A stretch of DNA of 64,000 nt, taken from NCBI GenBank assembly GCA_951406725.2, contig OX597814.1, forward strand, positions 123,070,001 through 123,134,000. Direction: 5' to 3'. A model generated the notes under the pieces. The model made no database searches, was not told the origin of the DNA, and saw only the letters and a program-made list of their open reading frames with translations. This DNA is from Octopus vulgaris (lineage: Eukaryota). Positions 53,771-64,000 of the stretch are shown here, piece after piece. A program made the translations under genes and the position numbers. Each line of letters starts with the position of its first letter. Within the stretch, counting starts at the first letter, position 1.

Positions 53771-54599
53771 AATTCTGTCTTTTGGTGTGTTTGTGAAGTT
53801 GTTAGCTAACTCTTCCTACATTGTTTTATCGATTTTGATGAAACTTGACCCGTGAGTAGAACTCATGTCTGGAAAGCTCATGGCATACTCAGATTGTTGA
53901 AAAAAATCGATAACAGAGCCCCTGGAAGGGATCCTTATATATATATATCTAATATATTTCGTTTTAACAGCCAAGGGAAACAACCCCATTCATTTTCCTA
54001 TATCATGTGGTATAAATATGCTTATTTCTTAGTATTTGAACTATTTTAGCAATTTATCCAGTACAACCCTTTCACAAGTAAATAGTATTTTCCTAATCAA
54101 CAGATCCGCTTACTTCGGTTAGTGACTTATTCAGGAATATACTAACACTAGTGCCACTGAGGGTAATATTCTCTGGGAACGCACAAAAGCTTTTTTCAGA
54201 GATATTTACTTTGAATTGTTAATATCTCATATCTGATTAGCCTGTTATTATGTAACATGCTTCACGATTTTAGTATACATATCTTATTGGCATTTCCCCC
54301 TAAGTTCTATATACTCTGGGAACACAATAAAGTCTTTTTCTAGGCTACTTTATTTGAACTCTTACTATCGAGTAACTAATTTCATGTTATTACATAACTG
54401 ACTTCACAATTTGGGTATTCATAACTTATTGGAAATTCCTAAAAACTGTAAGACAGTTTGGTATTCTCCGTAAATGCGCAAAAACCATTGTAAGGACTAC
54501 ATACTTTGTATTGTTGTTATTGAATTAGCGAAATAATAATGAGAACGGAACCAAGAGATAAGCCCCGCGTTCCCGGGAATTACCGGGTACGTCAGCTAG
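53730..54599 (+). mobile_element. Non-autonomous Helitron
   Basis: A|TC start inside (TA)n, CGATTTTGATGAAACTT near the 5' end, 3' hairpin CCCGG-GAATTA-CCGGG (54572..54587), then CTAG|T. Confidence 0.75.
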
Positions 54600-54629
<30 letters not shown>

Positions 54630-54630
<1 letters not shown>

Positions 54631-55232
54631 CGACGGGCTTCTTTCAGCTTCCGTCGACCAAATCCACTCACAAGGTTTTGGTCGACCCGAGGCTATAGTA
54701 GAAGACACTTGCCCAAGGTGCCACTCAGTGGGACTGAACCCAGAACCATTTGGTAGGGAAACAATCTTCTTACCACACAGCCACGCCTCCGCCTACATGG
54801 GGAAAGAATTTTATTGAAATAATCTATGAAAGTATTCATAGGCGCAAGTGTGGCTATGTGATAAGTAACTTGCTTCCCAACCACATGGTTCCGGGTTCAG
54901 TACCACTGCGTGGCACCTTGGGCAAGTATCTTCTCCTATAGCCTCGGGCAGACTAAAGCCTTGTGAGTGGATTTGGTAGACGGAAACTGAAAAAAGCTGC
55001 CGTATATGTGTGTGTGTATGAGTGTGTTTGTCCCCCACCATCGCTTGACGAGCGATGTTGCTCTATTTACGTCCCCGTAAATTAACGATTCAGCAAAAGA
55101 GACAGTTACCATAAGTACTAGGCTTGAGAAAATATAAGAAGTACTGGGGTTGATTCAATCGACTAAAATTCTTCAAGGTAGTGCTCCAGCATGGCCGCAG
55201 TCTAATGACTGGAACATGTAAAAGAATAAAAG
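54630..55232. mobile_element. Two family C SINEs head-to-head (54630..54795 minus, 54841..55232 plus)
   Basis: Reverse-complementary heads separated by about 45 bp. Confidence 0.88.
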
Positions 55233-56214
55233 AATAACTAAGGACAACTTTGTAAGTAATAGTTTCTAATTTAGGTACAAAGCCAGAAATTTTCAAGAAA
55301 CTTAGTCGAAATCATCGACCGCAGTACTTGACTAAGTGCTTTACTTCTTCGACTCCGGAGGGATGAAAGACAATGTTTATCTTGGTAGGATTTGAACTCA
55401 GAATGTACAAAGTCAAAACAAATGTTGCAAGGTTTTGGTGATTTTTTTTTTTTTTTTGTAAATAACGAGAATATTTTACAGTCATGTTGACACCTTATTA
55501 AACGTGTAAGGGCATGTAAATAGTCGAATTGATCAAGTGTACAAATGGCATATATTTTATCGATCCTAAAGAGGTGAAAGCTTAATTGTTCCTGATAATT
55601 GATAAAAATCTCACTGTTCGATTTTAATATCTTGATCCAAACTCATTCATCCAGTCATTGATTCAATCATTCATTTAGATCTACAGCTTGAAGTTCAACG
55701 TTTGTGAAGGAAGTGTTATATATTACTTATATGGCATCAAATAATTTTCGTAATAGAAGCTGGTCTACATATGATCACTAAATAGAAAGTCAATATTTTA
55801 TATAGGCTTCAGATGGCGAAACAGTGATAAAAGAGCGCCATAGTTTATGCAGTCTATGCTCTAAACTCTGTTCAGAACATATACAAATACAAATGATAAG
55901 GTTGATAATTACTAATTTTGCTTTGCATAGAGAGACGATTGCTGGAAGTGAGCAAATATTGGATGTGTGTGTGAAGTTAATGGAGAAGAAATATAGTGGC
56001 ATACTTACTAAATTTTATTTGTATCATGATGAAAGAAAGTAATACATACAAGATTTGAGATTTAAAGGAACTGAATCAATTAACTCACCAATATTCAATT
56101 TTTATTCGAACTCCAAAACTTAATCCCAAGCTCTGTTATCAATTGTTTCTTAACTCAATGCAATAATATACAATATCCCCTTCTTGGTCAATTGAAATAT
56201 TTTTTACTCTATTT

Positions 56215-56257
<43 letters not shown>

Positions 56258-56761
56258 AACATTGAAATTATAAATTATTTATTAGTTCTCTGCAGCATAT
56301 TCAATAATCCATCACCTATATATTTCCATATGAAGGATACCCATATAACCCATATTTTAAACCCATGATATTAGCATGCTTATTTATGAAGATAAGCATA
56401 TAAGCCATATTTAATACCATAATATTAATATAAATTTATTCCATAGATCCCTCAAATTTTAAATTCTAATATTTTTAAAAATCTAATAATAAATTATCCC
56501 AACTTTATACAATAATCTATATTTCATTGTTAAATGGAATATGCATATATTCTACTTTTATACACTTACAGCCATTATAATTCCCCTTTTGTTTTCAGTA
56601 ATTTACTTAATAACCCTCTATTAATATATTTTTTCCATATAACCCCTATTTTTTTTAAATGCTATTACAAGGACTTTTTATCTTTTATTTTCTAAAATCG
56701 TAAAAACTAATATCAACAACTATTGAAACTGTTTATCTATCTACATATATAGTCCAAGTGT

Positions 56762-56877
<116 letters not shown>

Positions 56878-57782
56878 GTTTAAGAGACAGAATCACCCTC
56901 AAGAAACTCGATCATCATTGAAAGACATTGTACCACGATAGGCATATATATGTACCACGATATTTACACAGAAAACTAAATATTTAAAAATTATCAAAAT
57001 TAATACCTTCAATTATTATTCTAAATCATATACTTTACATTATATAGACTACGCGCGTTTCATGACAACATATTTCTCGATATTGCTGAAATAGAAGGTC
57101 TCGAAATACAATACCATATTAAAACGATTATATTGCCAACCTTCAGATCTAGATTATATGAAATTATTTTGCTATTTACATTCTATATAAAGACAAGACA
57201 AACTAAAAGTTGTCATTCTAAAAGTTGTCATTTACATTCTATATAAAGACATGACAAACTAGAAGTTGTCGGAATAATTTTACTTTTGTAAATAATGAAC
57301 AGAAATGTGGAATAAAAGTAGGAAAAAGAAATATTAGTAAAAAGAAGTGTTAACTTATCTGTACGGTAATTTTCTCTTCGCGAATTAAGCATGAAACAAT
57401 CGTATAATCCAACATTGAGATCTGCTGTGTAGGGAGATAATTCTTATTAACATTTAAAAGTTCTTAAAAGGTATTTTCTATTATTTATATTTACCGTGTA
57501 AGGGAAGTGAATAATAATAAATCAGGAGAAGCCAGAAGTGAGGGTATGATGGTAATAGTCTAATATTTTATGTGGTGAATTTATTTTATTTAAATGTTAA
57601 CTTTGATAAATAATAAATTCCTAGATCGGTAAATAGGTAAACTAAATTACTCAACATATAATTTTAGAATATTTAAAAATATTTTGAAAGAAGTAAAAGT
57701 CAGTGAAAATCAGTAAAAATCTAATTTTTTATAATTTTTATAATTATAATACAATTAATATATATTGGTTATACTATTATTC

Positions 57783-58123
57783 CTAATTTTCCCCTTCTAT
57801 CAATGTTCACAGAACACCTCAGTACAACAAAGAATGAATAAAGAGGCAACTTTCATCAATAAATATCTTCCACAACTCAATATTAACACAACATAATACA
57901 GAACACTTCTAACATTTCAATTAATACCACTACCCCCCATACATCCCACACACCATTCACATTACAGATCTATATCTACCCTAACTGCATCAAATCCAGA
58001 ACTACTTACCTCCCTTACACATAATCGTTTTACTCAGGGACTAGTAGACCTTACCCCATTCATTAATCAGTGTGCATTCAAAGCAATAATTAATAAATTC
58101 ACGAAACCGGTATGCTTTTGAAT
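57783..58123 (+). mobile_element. Penelope-like 3' end: GIY-YIG C-terminus plus downstream hammerhead-like fold
   Basis: LIFPFYQCSQNTSVQQRMNKEATFINKYLPQLN; motif at 58076..58123. Confidence 0.7.
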
Positions 58124-58316
58124 CTCTTTAACAATTCCCAATAATAACTTTTATTACTTTTATTCCTATCCCAGTTCATCTAATTGTATTTATCTACCGT
58201 TACTTTTCATAAACACCCCTTAACTTTTTTTTTTCCAATGTGAATTTTCGCTTATTTTTCTTCCTTGCCCCTATATTTCCACGTGTAGTTTCTATTTTCT
58301 TTTTGTAACATACTTC

Positions 58317-58398
<82 letters not shown>

Positions 58399-58702
58399 AT
58401 GCATTCATGTATCCATACATGTATGTATGTATGTATGTATGTATGTATGTATGTATGTATGTATGTATGTATGTATGTATGTATGTATGTATGTATGTAT
58501 GTATGTGTGCGTGTGTGTCTTTCTGTCTGTGTTTACCGGTTCGGCAAAAGAGACCAAGCTTTAAAAATATTTAAGTACTGAGATCAATTTGTTCGACTAA
58601 AACTCTACAAAGCGGTGCCCCAGTGTGGCCTCAGTTTAATGACTGAAACAAGTAAATTATAAAAGATATACATGTGTGTGAATGTGTGTGTGAAAAGATA
58701 TA

Positions 58703-58735
<33 letters not shown>

Positions 58736-58808
58736 ATATATACATATTTATGTATATATATGCGTGTGTGTGTATGTTTGTGTATATACATATATCTTTT
58801 ATTTATAG

Positions 58809-58855
<47 letters not shown>

Positions 58856-59554
58856 CAACTATAACATTTATTAGCATTTCAAAAGTGGAACAAATTGCGT
58901 GCCATGGGGAAGAATCCGTCCTATTCATTAAATACTAACAGAAAATATAATTTCCCGACGACGAATTCTGCTTGAAACGTTAGCTTTTCTTCACAAGCGA
59001 ATTTATTCTAGTTTTTGAACTCTTTATACTTACTAATTGCCAACACTGACCATTACGGACTCTCCGAGGATTCTCCTCTTTATTTTATAGCATTCATTAT
59101 TTTCGGTTTTAATCATGAGAAAATCTTTAAAAAATAACTATTATCTAAGAACATTGCTTTTGATTTGTATCGACAAAATCTCACAACGGGCAATAAAATA
59201 GGCAACAGATAATAAATTTACGTTCCGTTTGATAGGTATATTCAAACGAGTCGAAGGGAGGGACCCTTCGAAGAAATGAAGCGTATGTTGGAAGATTGCG
59301 ACAGAATTTAAGGAAGTGTAAGTAATGAGAAGGGAGATGAGGATAATCAGTCAGGTTTAATCAAAAGAATTCTTGCCTGTAATGTCATAATAACGGTTTT
59401 CATTGTATATCTATTATGTCTTCTCTTTCCCTTTTTAATTTAGAGCAGATTTTGGCTGGCAACCAGCTTGGTAGCAAAGTTGTGATGACAAGTATCTTGA
59501 TTTAACATCCTTTAAACCTTAAGGTGGAGTCCGCTGCTCTAAGCACTAGGCCAT

Positions 59555-59860
59555 GTGGAGACACATGGCCTAGTGGTTAGAGCAGCGGATCGCGGTCGAG
59601 GGATCGCGGGTTCGAATCTCAGACCAGGTGGTGTGTGTGTTTATGAGTGAAACACCTAAGCTCCACGCGGCTCCGGCAGAAGGTAATGGCGAACTTCTGC
59701 TGACTCTTTCGCCACAAGTTTCTCTCACTCCTTCTTCCTGCATCTTGCTGCTCACCTGCGAAGGACCAGCGTCCCGTCCAGGTGGGGAACCTATACGCCA
59801 AGGAAACCGGGAAACCGGCCATTAAGAGCCAGTCGTGGCTCGAGAAGGAACAAACAACAA
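59555..59860 (+). mobile_element. tRNA-derived SINE family M, full length
   Basis: TGGCCTAGTGGTTAGAGC A-box, GGGTTCGAATCTC B-box, tail GGAAACCGGGAAACCGGCC..(CAA)n. Confidence 0.85.
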
Positions 59861-59862
59861 TC

Positions 59863-61120
59863 TTAACATCTCGCAAATTTTATAGTCCCAGATATCGTGA
59901 TCTTTTGTAGCTTATGAATTAGGGATTTGCATTCTCTCCCCAAGATTCCAAGTTCAGCCATACTTTGATCCAGGTGGGTTGGTATGTATCCTGTTGCTCC
60001 AATAACAATGGCTATGAATTTGAAAGTGTATCTTGTATACTGGATTTGCAAACTCCTTATCAATGGTCCATAGATGTCCTCATTCTTTTGTATTTTTCTA
60101 ACCGCATTCGTGTCCAGGGTCAGCTGATTTCCAAAACTGAACATGCCCTTTCGTTGCTGTCACACACAGCAATATCTGGCGAGTTGTGTTTTAACCTGGT
60201 GGCTCTTTTAATTTTCAAGTTCTACCAGTATTTTTTTTTTACCCATCGGTCTCAATATGGTCAATTTCATTTGTGGGTATTCGCTTTTTTTGTTATCCTG
60301 TTTCAGACCGTTCTGGCCATAGTATCATGCTTCATAGGAAGATAATATCTGGAGAACATTCTCTCACAGTTGGCAATAATATTCTTGATATCTTCAGTCT
60401 TGGTCTTGCACAGCATACATTTTGTGTGTGTGTGTCAACGTTTTCTAACTTTTATGTTGTATGTCACGTGATCACATGACCGACCAGGCCATCAGATGTT
60501 GCTACACATTGCTGGTCACAATGCGCTTCACATTGTTTTAGCCTTCAAAGACGCCACCCCGCTGGCTAAGCGAACAGGCCAACAGAAGAAAGAGTGAGAG
60601 AAAGTTGTAGTGAAAGAGTACAGCAGAGATCACCACCACCCCCTGCCGGAGCCTCGTGGACAATTAGGTGGTTTCGCTCAATAAACACTCACAACGCCCG
60701 GTCTGGGAATTGAAACCGCGATCCTACGACCGCGAGTCCGCTGCCCTAACCACTGGGCCATTACGCCTCCACATGTTGTAGGTACTTGGTGGAGATCTCT
60801 TGTTCTTGGATTGCTTGGGTGTAACCTTCAAAGTGGTATGACATAAACCTGTAGGCTTTCCATGCCAACCTACTGATATGCATCAAGTACCTATGTACTA
60901 TCTTCTCAGTAAACTTGGTCATATCTTTTCTGCTGTTCTGATAAGTAGATTTTACCAATGCTCCTTGGAGTGAGATCTGTATCGGTTCTTATACCGTACC
61001 TCTCCGCGAGTTCATTCGCTATCCTTATTATGTTGTTAGTTTCATAGTCACAAACTTGGACAAGATGGCTATTGGTCTCTTTCCTCTGCTGCAGATGTTT
61101 CAGTGTCACAATCCGTGCTC
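59863..61120 (-). mobile_element. R4/Dong-like REL-LINE fragment interrupted by a SINE at 60462..60771
   Basis: FEGYTQAIQEQEISTKYL..KCMLCK..EDIKNIIANC..HD..FIAIVIGATG; the SINE is flanked by the duplicated ATGTTGTA(T/G)GT. Confidence 0.85.
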
Positions 61121-61315
61121 TATGTATGTATGCATGTATGTATGTATGTATGTATGTATGTATGTATGTATGTATGTATGTATGTATGTATGTATGTATG
61201 AATGTATGTATTATGTATGCATGCATGTATGTATGTATGCATACATGTATGTATGTATGTATGTATGCATGTATGCATGTATGTATGTATGTATGTACGT
61301 ATGTACGTGTGTATG

Positions 61316-61349
<34 letters not shown>

Positions 61350-61424
61350 TGTATGTATGTACGTATGTACGTATGTATGTATGTATGTATGTATGTATGT
61401 ATGTATGTATGTATGTATGTACGT

Positions 61425-61760
61425 GCTCATATATACTTAAATGATAAACTTCTGGAAAGTTTTACAGATTTTTACAGTTCCAGTGATGGATTGGATTTGT
61501 ACTTTACGTATCAGCTTTCGCTTTTCTTGTTTTGAGAAGATTGGTATTTAAGCAGTGTGTTACATATCTCAGGGCCCCAATAATTACAGATATAAACCTG
61601 AACTTGTAATCTGGATAGAGTAGCTGTAGGTTCCTCAATAGTTCGGCGTATGTATTTTCTTTTTCACAGATCTTTAGCCTTATGTTAACATCCGCTGAAC
61701 AACTGATTTCCACAACTGTACAGTTTCTCTTCTCGATCCCAAATCATTATGTCAGGTCTA
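61425..61760 (-). mobile_element. R4/Dong-like REL-LINE 3' fragment between (TATG)n tracts
   Basis: EISCSADVN..EKENTYAEL..VIIGAL; near-identical to 46095..46398. Confidence 0.85.
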
Positions 61761-62255
61761 TTATGTTTACACTATGCATACTTGTATGTATGTATGTATG
61801 TATGTATGTATGTATGTATTTACGTACGTATGTATGTATGTATGTATGTATGTATGTATGTATGTATGTATGTGTGAAGATGTATGTTCTAGTGGTTAGA
61901 GTGTTGTACTCACGATCTTGCGATCGTGGGTTCGATTCCCGGATCAGGCAGTGTTGTGTCCTTGAACATATTCGTTTCACTTTGCTTTGCGATCACTTCG
62001 ACATCTGACGTCATTTACACCGTGCGCCAACGCTTGATCACTCTAAACAAATCATCAGTGCTGCTTGTTTAGCAAGAAATTGGAGAACCATCTTTCTAGG
62101 GCTCCAGAGACTACCATACGTACGTATGTATGTATGTAAACATGATCAAGTGGTTAAGCAGTTTGCTTCGCAATCACAGCGCCGTGAGTTCGATCATACA
62201 CAGTAGCATCTTGTAAAAGCGCCTTACATTATAACTTCGATATACGACCGAAAAG

Positions 62256-62512
62256 TGGAGGCACGTATCTTAGTGGTTAGGGTGTCAGCATCATGATCGT
62301 AAGATTGTGGTTTCGATTCCTGGACCGGGCGACGCGTTGTATTCTTCAACAAAACACTTCATTTTACGTTGCTCCAGTCCACTCAGCTGGCAAAAATGAG
62401 TAACGCTGCGATGGACTGGTGTCCCGTCTAGCTGGGGAACACATACGCCATTGAAATCGGGAAACCGGGCCCATGAGCCTGGCTAGGCTTTAAAAGGGCG
62501 CATTTATTTATT
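62256..62512 (+). mobile_element. tRNA-derived SINE family V, full length
   Basis: TAGTGGTTAGGGT A-box, GTTTCGATTCC B-box, CTGCGATGGACTGGTGTCCCGTC core, (ATTT)n tail; flanked by a TATACGACCGAAA duplication. Confidence 0.88.
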
Positions 62513-62748
62513 TATACGACCGAAAGCCATCAAAATTGTTTGAGCATCGGAAAAATGCCTGATGGCATTTCTTCCTGTTATTTATGTTCTGAGTTCAAGT
62601 CCCAGCGAGGTCATCTTTGCCTTTAATCTCTCTAGGTTCGGTAAAATAAAGTGCCAGTCCGCAACTAGGACCGACGGTATTGACTATCCCTTGAGCCTCT
62701 AAACGCAGGCCTTGTACGTAAATCAGAAGCATTCTATCTTTGGATGGG

Positions 62749-63122
62749 AGGCGTGGCTGTGTGGCTAGAAGTCTGCTTCCCAACAACATGGTTCCGGGTT
62801 CAGTCCCCCTGCGTGGCACCTTGCGCACGTGTCTTCTACTATAACCTCGGTTTAGGTAAAGCCTTGTAAGTGGATTTGGCAAAAGGAAACTGAAAGAAGC
62901 CCATCATGTGTGTGTGTGTGTATGTGTGTGTGCGTGTGTGTATTTATCTCCCACTACCGCATGATAACTGGTATTGGTATGTCTACGTCCCCGTAACTTA
63001 GAGGCTCTGCAAAAGAGACCGGTAGAATAAGTACAAGGCTTTGAAAAAATAATTACTGGGATCAATGTGTTCAGCAAAAATTCTTCGAGGTTCCAGCATG
63101 GTCGCAGTCGAATTGGCTGAAG
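62749..63122 (+). mobile_element. SINE family C
   Basis: Consensus match. Confidence 0.85.
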
Positions 63123-64000
63123 AAAAAAGCCTCCTGAGAAAATATGATAGAAAAAAAGTGTATGGAAGCTGATAGAAGAATTGTACCTTTGGTTCAATGG
63201 TACAGCCTCATAAAACACTCACTGTACCACGCTGAGTGTGTCTGAGGATAAGGCTAACGGTACACATATCTGTGGAATACACAACCACTTCAACGTGGGC
63301 AGGTCAGTTGATAAAGCTATTGAATAAACCTTTTTCTTTACATATCTATACGTGTGTGTGTGTGTGCTTGTGTATGTTTGTCTGTCTTTAATCTAAATAA
63401 ACGTATCATCAGTCAATATCTTCCAATCTAAATACTTAAGAGCATGTGTGTTATTGGTGTTATTCTAAGTTGATAGCTGTTGATATGTGTACACACGCAT
63501 GTCTGCACACGTTAAAAACATATATTCAACGTACAAACATACAAGCATATCAATGTACAGATATAAATAAATATATATATATATATATATCAACGTATAA
63601 ATAAATTAAATGTTTATATAAGTAGCCGGTGTGTAAATTAGATAAGTATATAATAAAATCGATGTATATTAAAAATCAATTTCTTGCGTATAGTTTCGTC
63701 TGTATAAATATTGCTTATGATATGTTAAGCCGTGAGTCATTTGCTTTCCGCGAACAACAGCTACTTCAGTTCGAAATCTATACAAAGAAGTGCCACTTGT
63801 GTAAAGCACTCAGTTTATATTCCTCCATGATTTAGCAATTAAGAAAAATTTAGGCCGACTAACGTTTCACCAGATTTCCACTCACCGTTTCAGAAGTATA
63901 GCTTAAAAAAACACACACACACATACGTACGTACACACACACACACACACACAAAGACGTACACACACAAACGCAAACACGCATTATATATATATATATA

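Noticed and set aside
58955-58983. Further hammerhead candidates (CCGACGA..GAAACGTT; partial motifs at ~17840..17883, ~26015..26052, ~57048..57065)
   Set aside because: Stem I or the core cannot be assigned convincingly.

Overview
AT-rich eukaryotic, repeat-saturated non-coding DNA (intergenic or a large intron), most likely from a coleoid cephalopod such as Octopus; this is inferred from the extreme microsatellite load and the tRNA-derived SINE families. I find no supportable host protein-coding gene, and almost all long ORFs in the track are microsatellite read-throughs. The window is a layered mobilome: Tx1/L1-clade LINE 3' ends in (GATA)n, R4/Dong-type REL-endonuclease LINEs stacked in (TAA)n/(TACA)n, one CR1/L2-group LINE 3' end, a decayed hAT transposase, several decayed Penelope-like (PLE) GIY-YIG fragments, a non-autonomous Helitron, MITEs and at least four SINE families. 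Highlights: (1) a tRNA-headed SINE-like element carrying a PLE-type minimal hammerhead ribozyme in a fold-back structure; (2) about a dozen hammerhead-fold motifs with a series of non-canonical cores, including the same AUAAUUA core behind two different PLE endonuclease ends; (3) two SINE/LINE shared-tail pairs visible within the window, one with a Tx1-clade partner; (4) a SINE repeatedly joined to itself at the same nucleotide. All calls are by eye; element boundaries are approximate.
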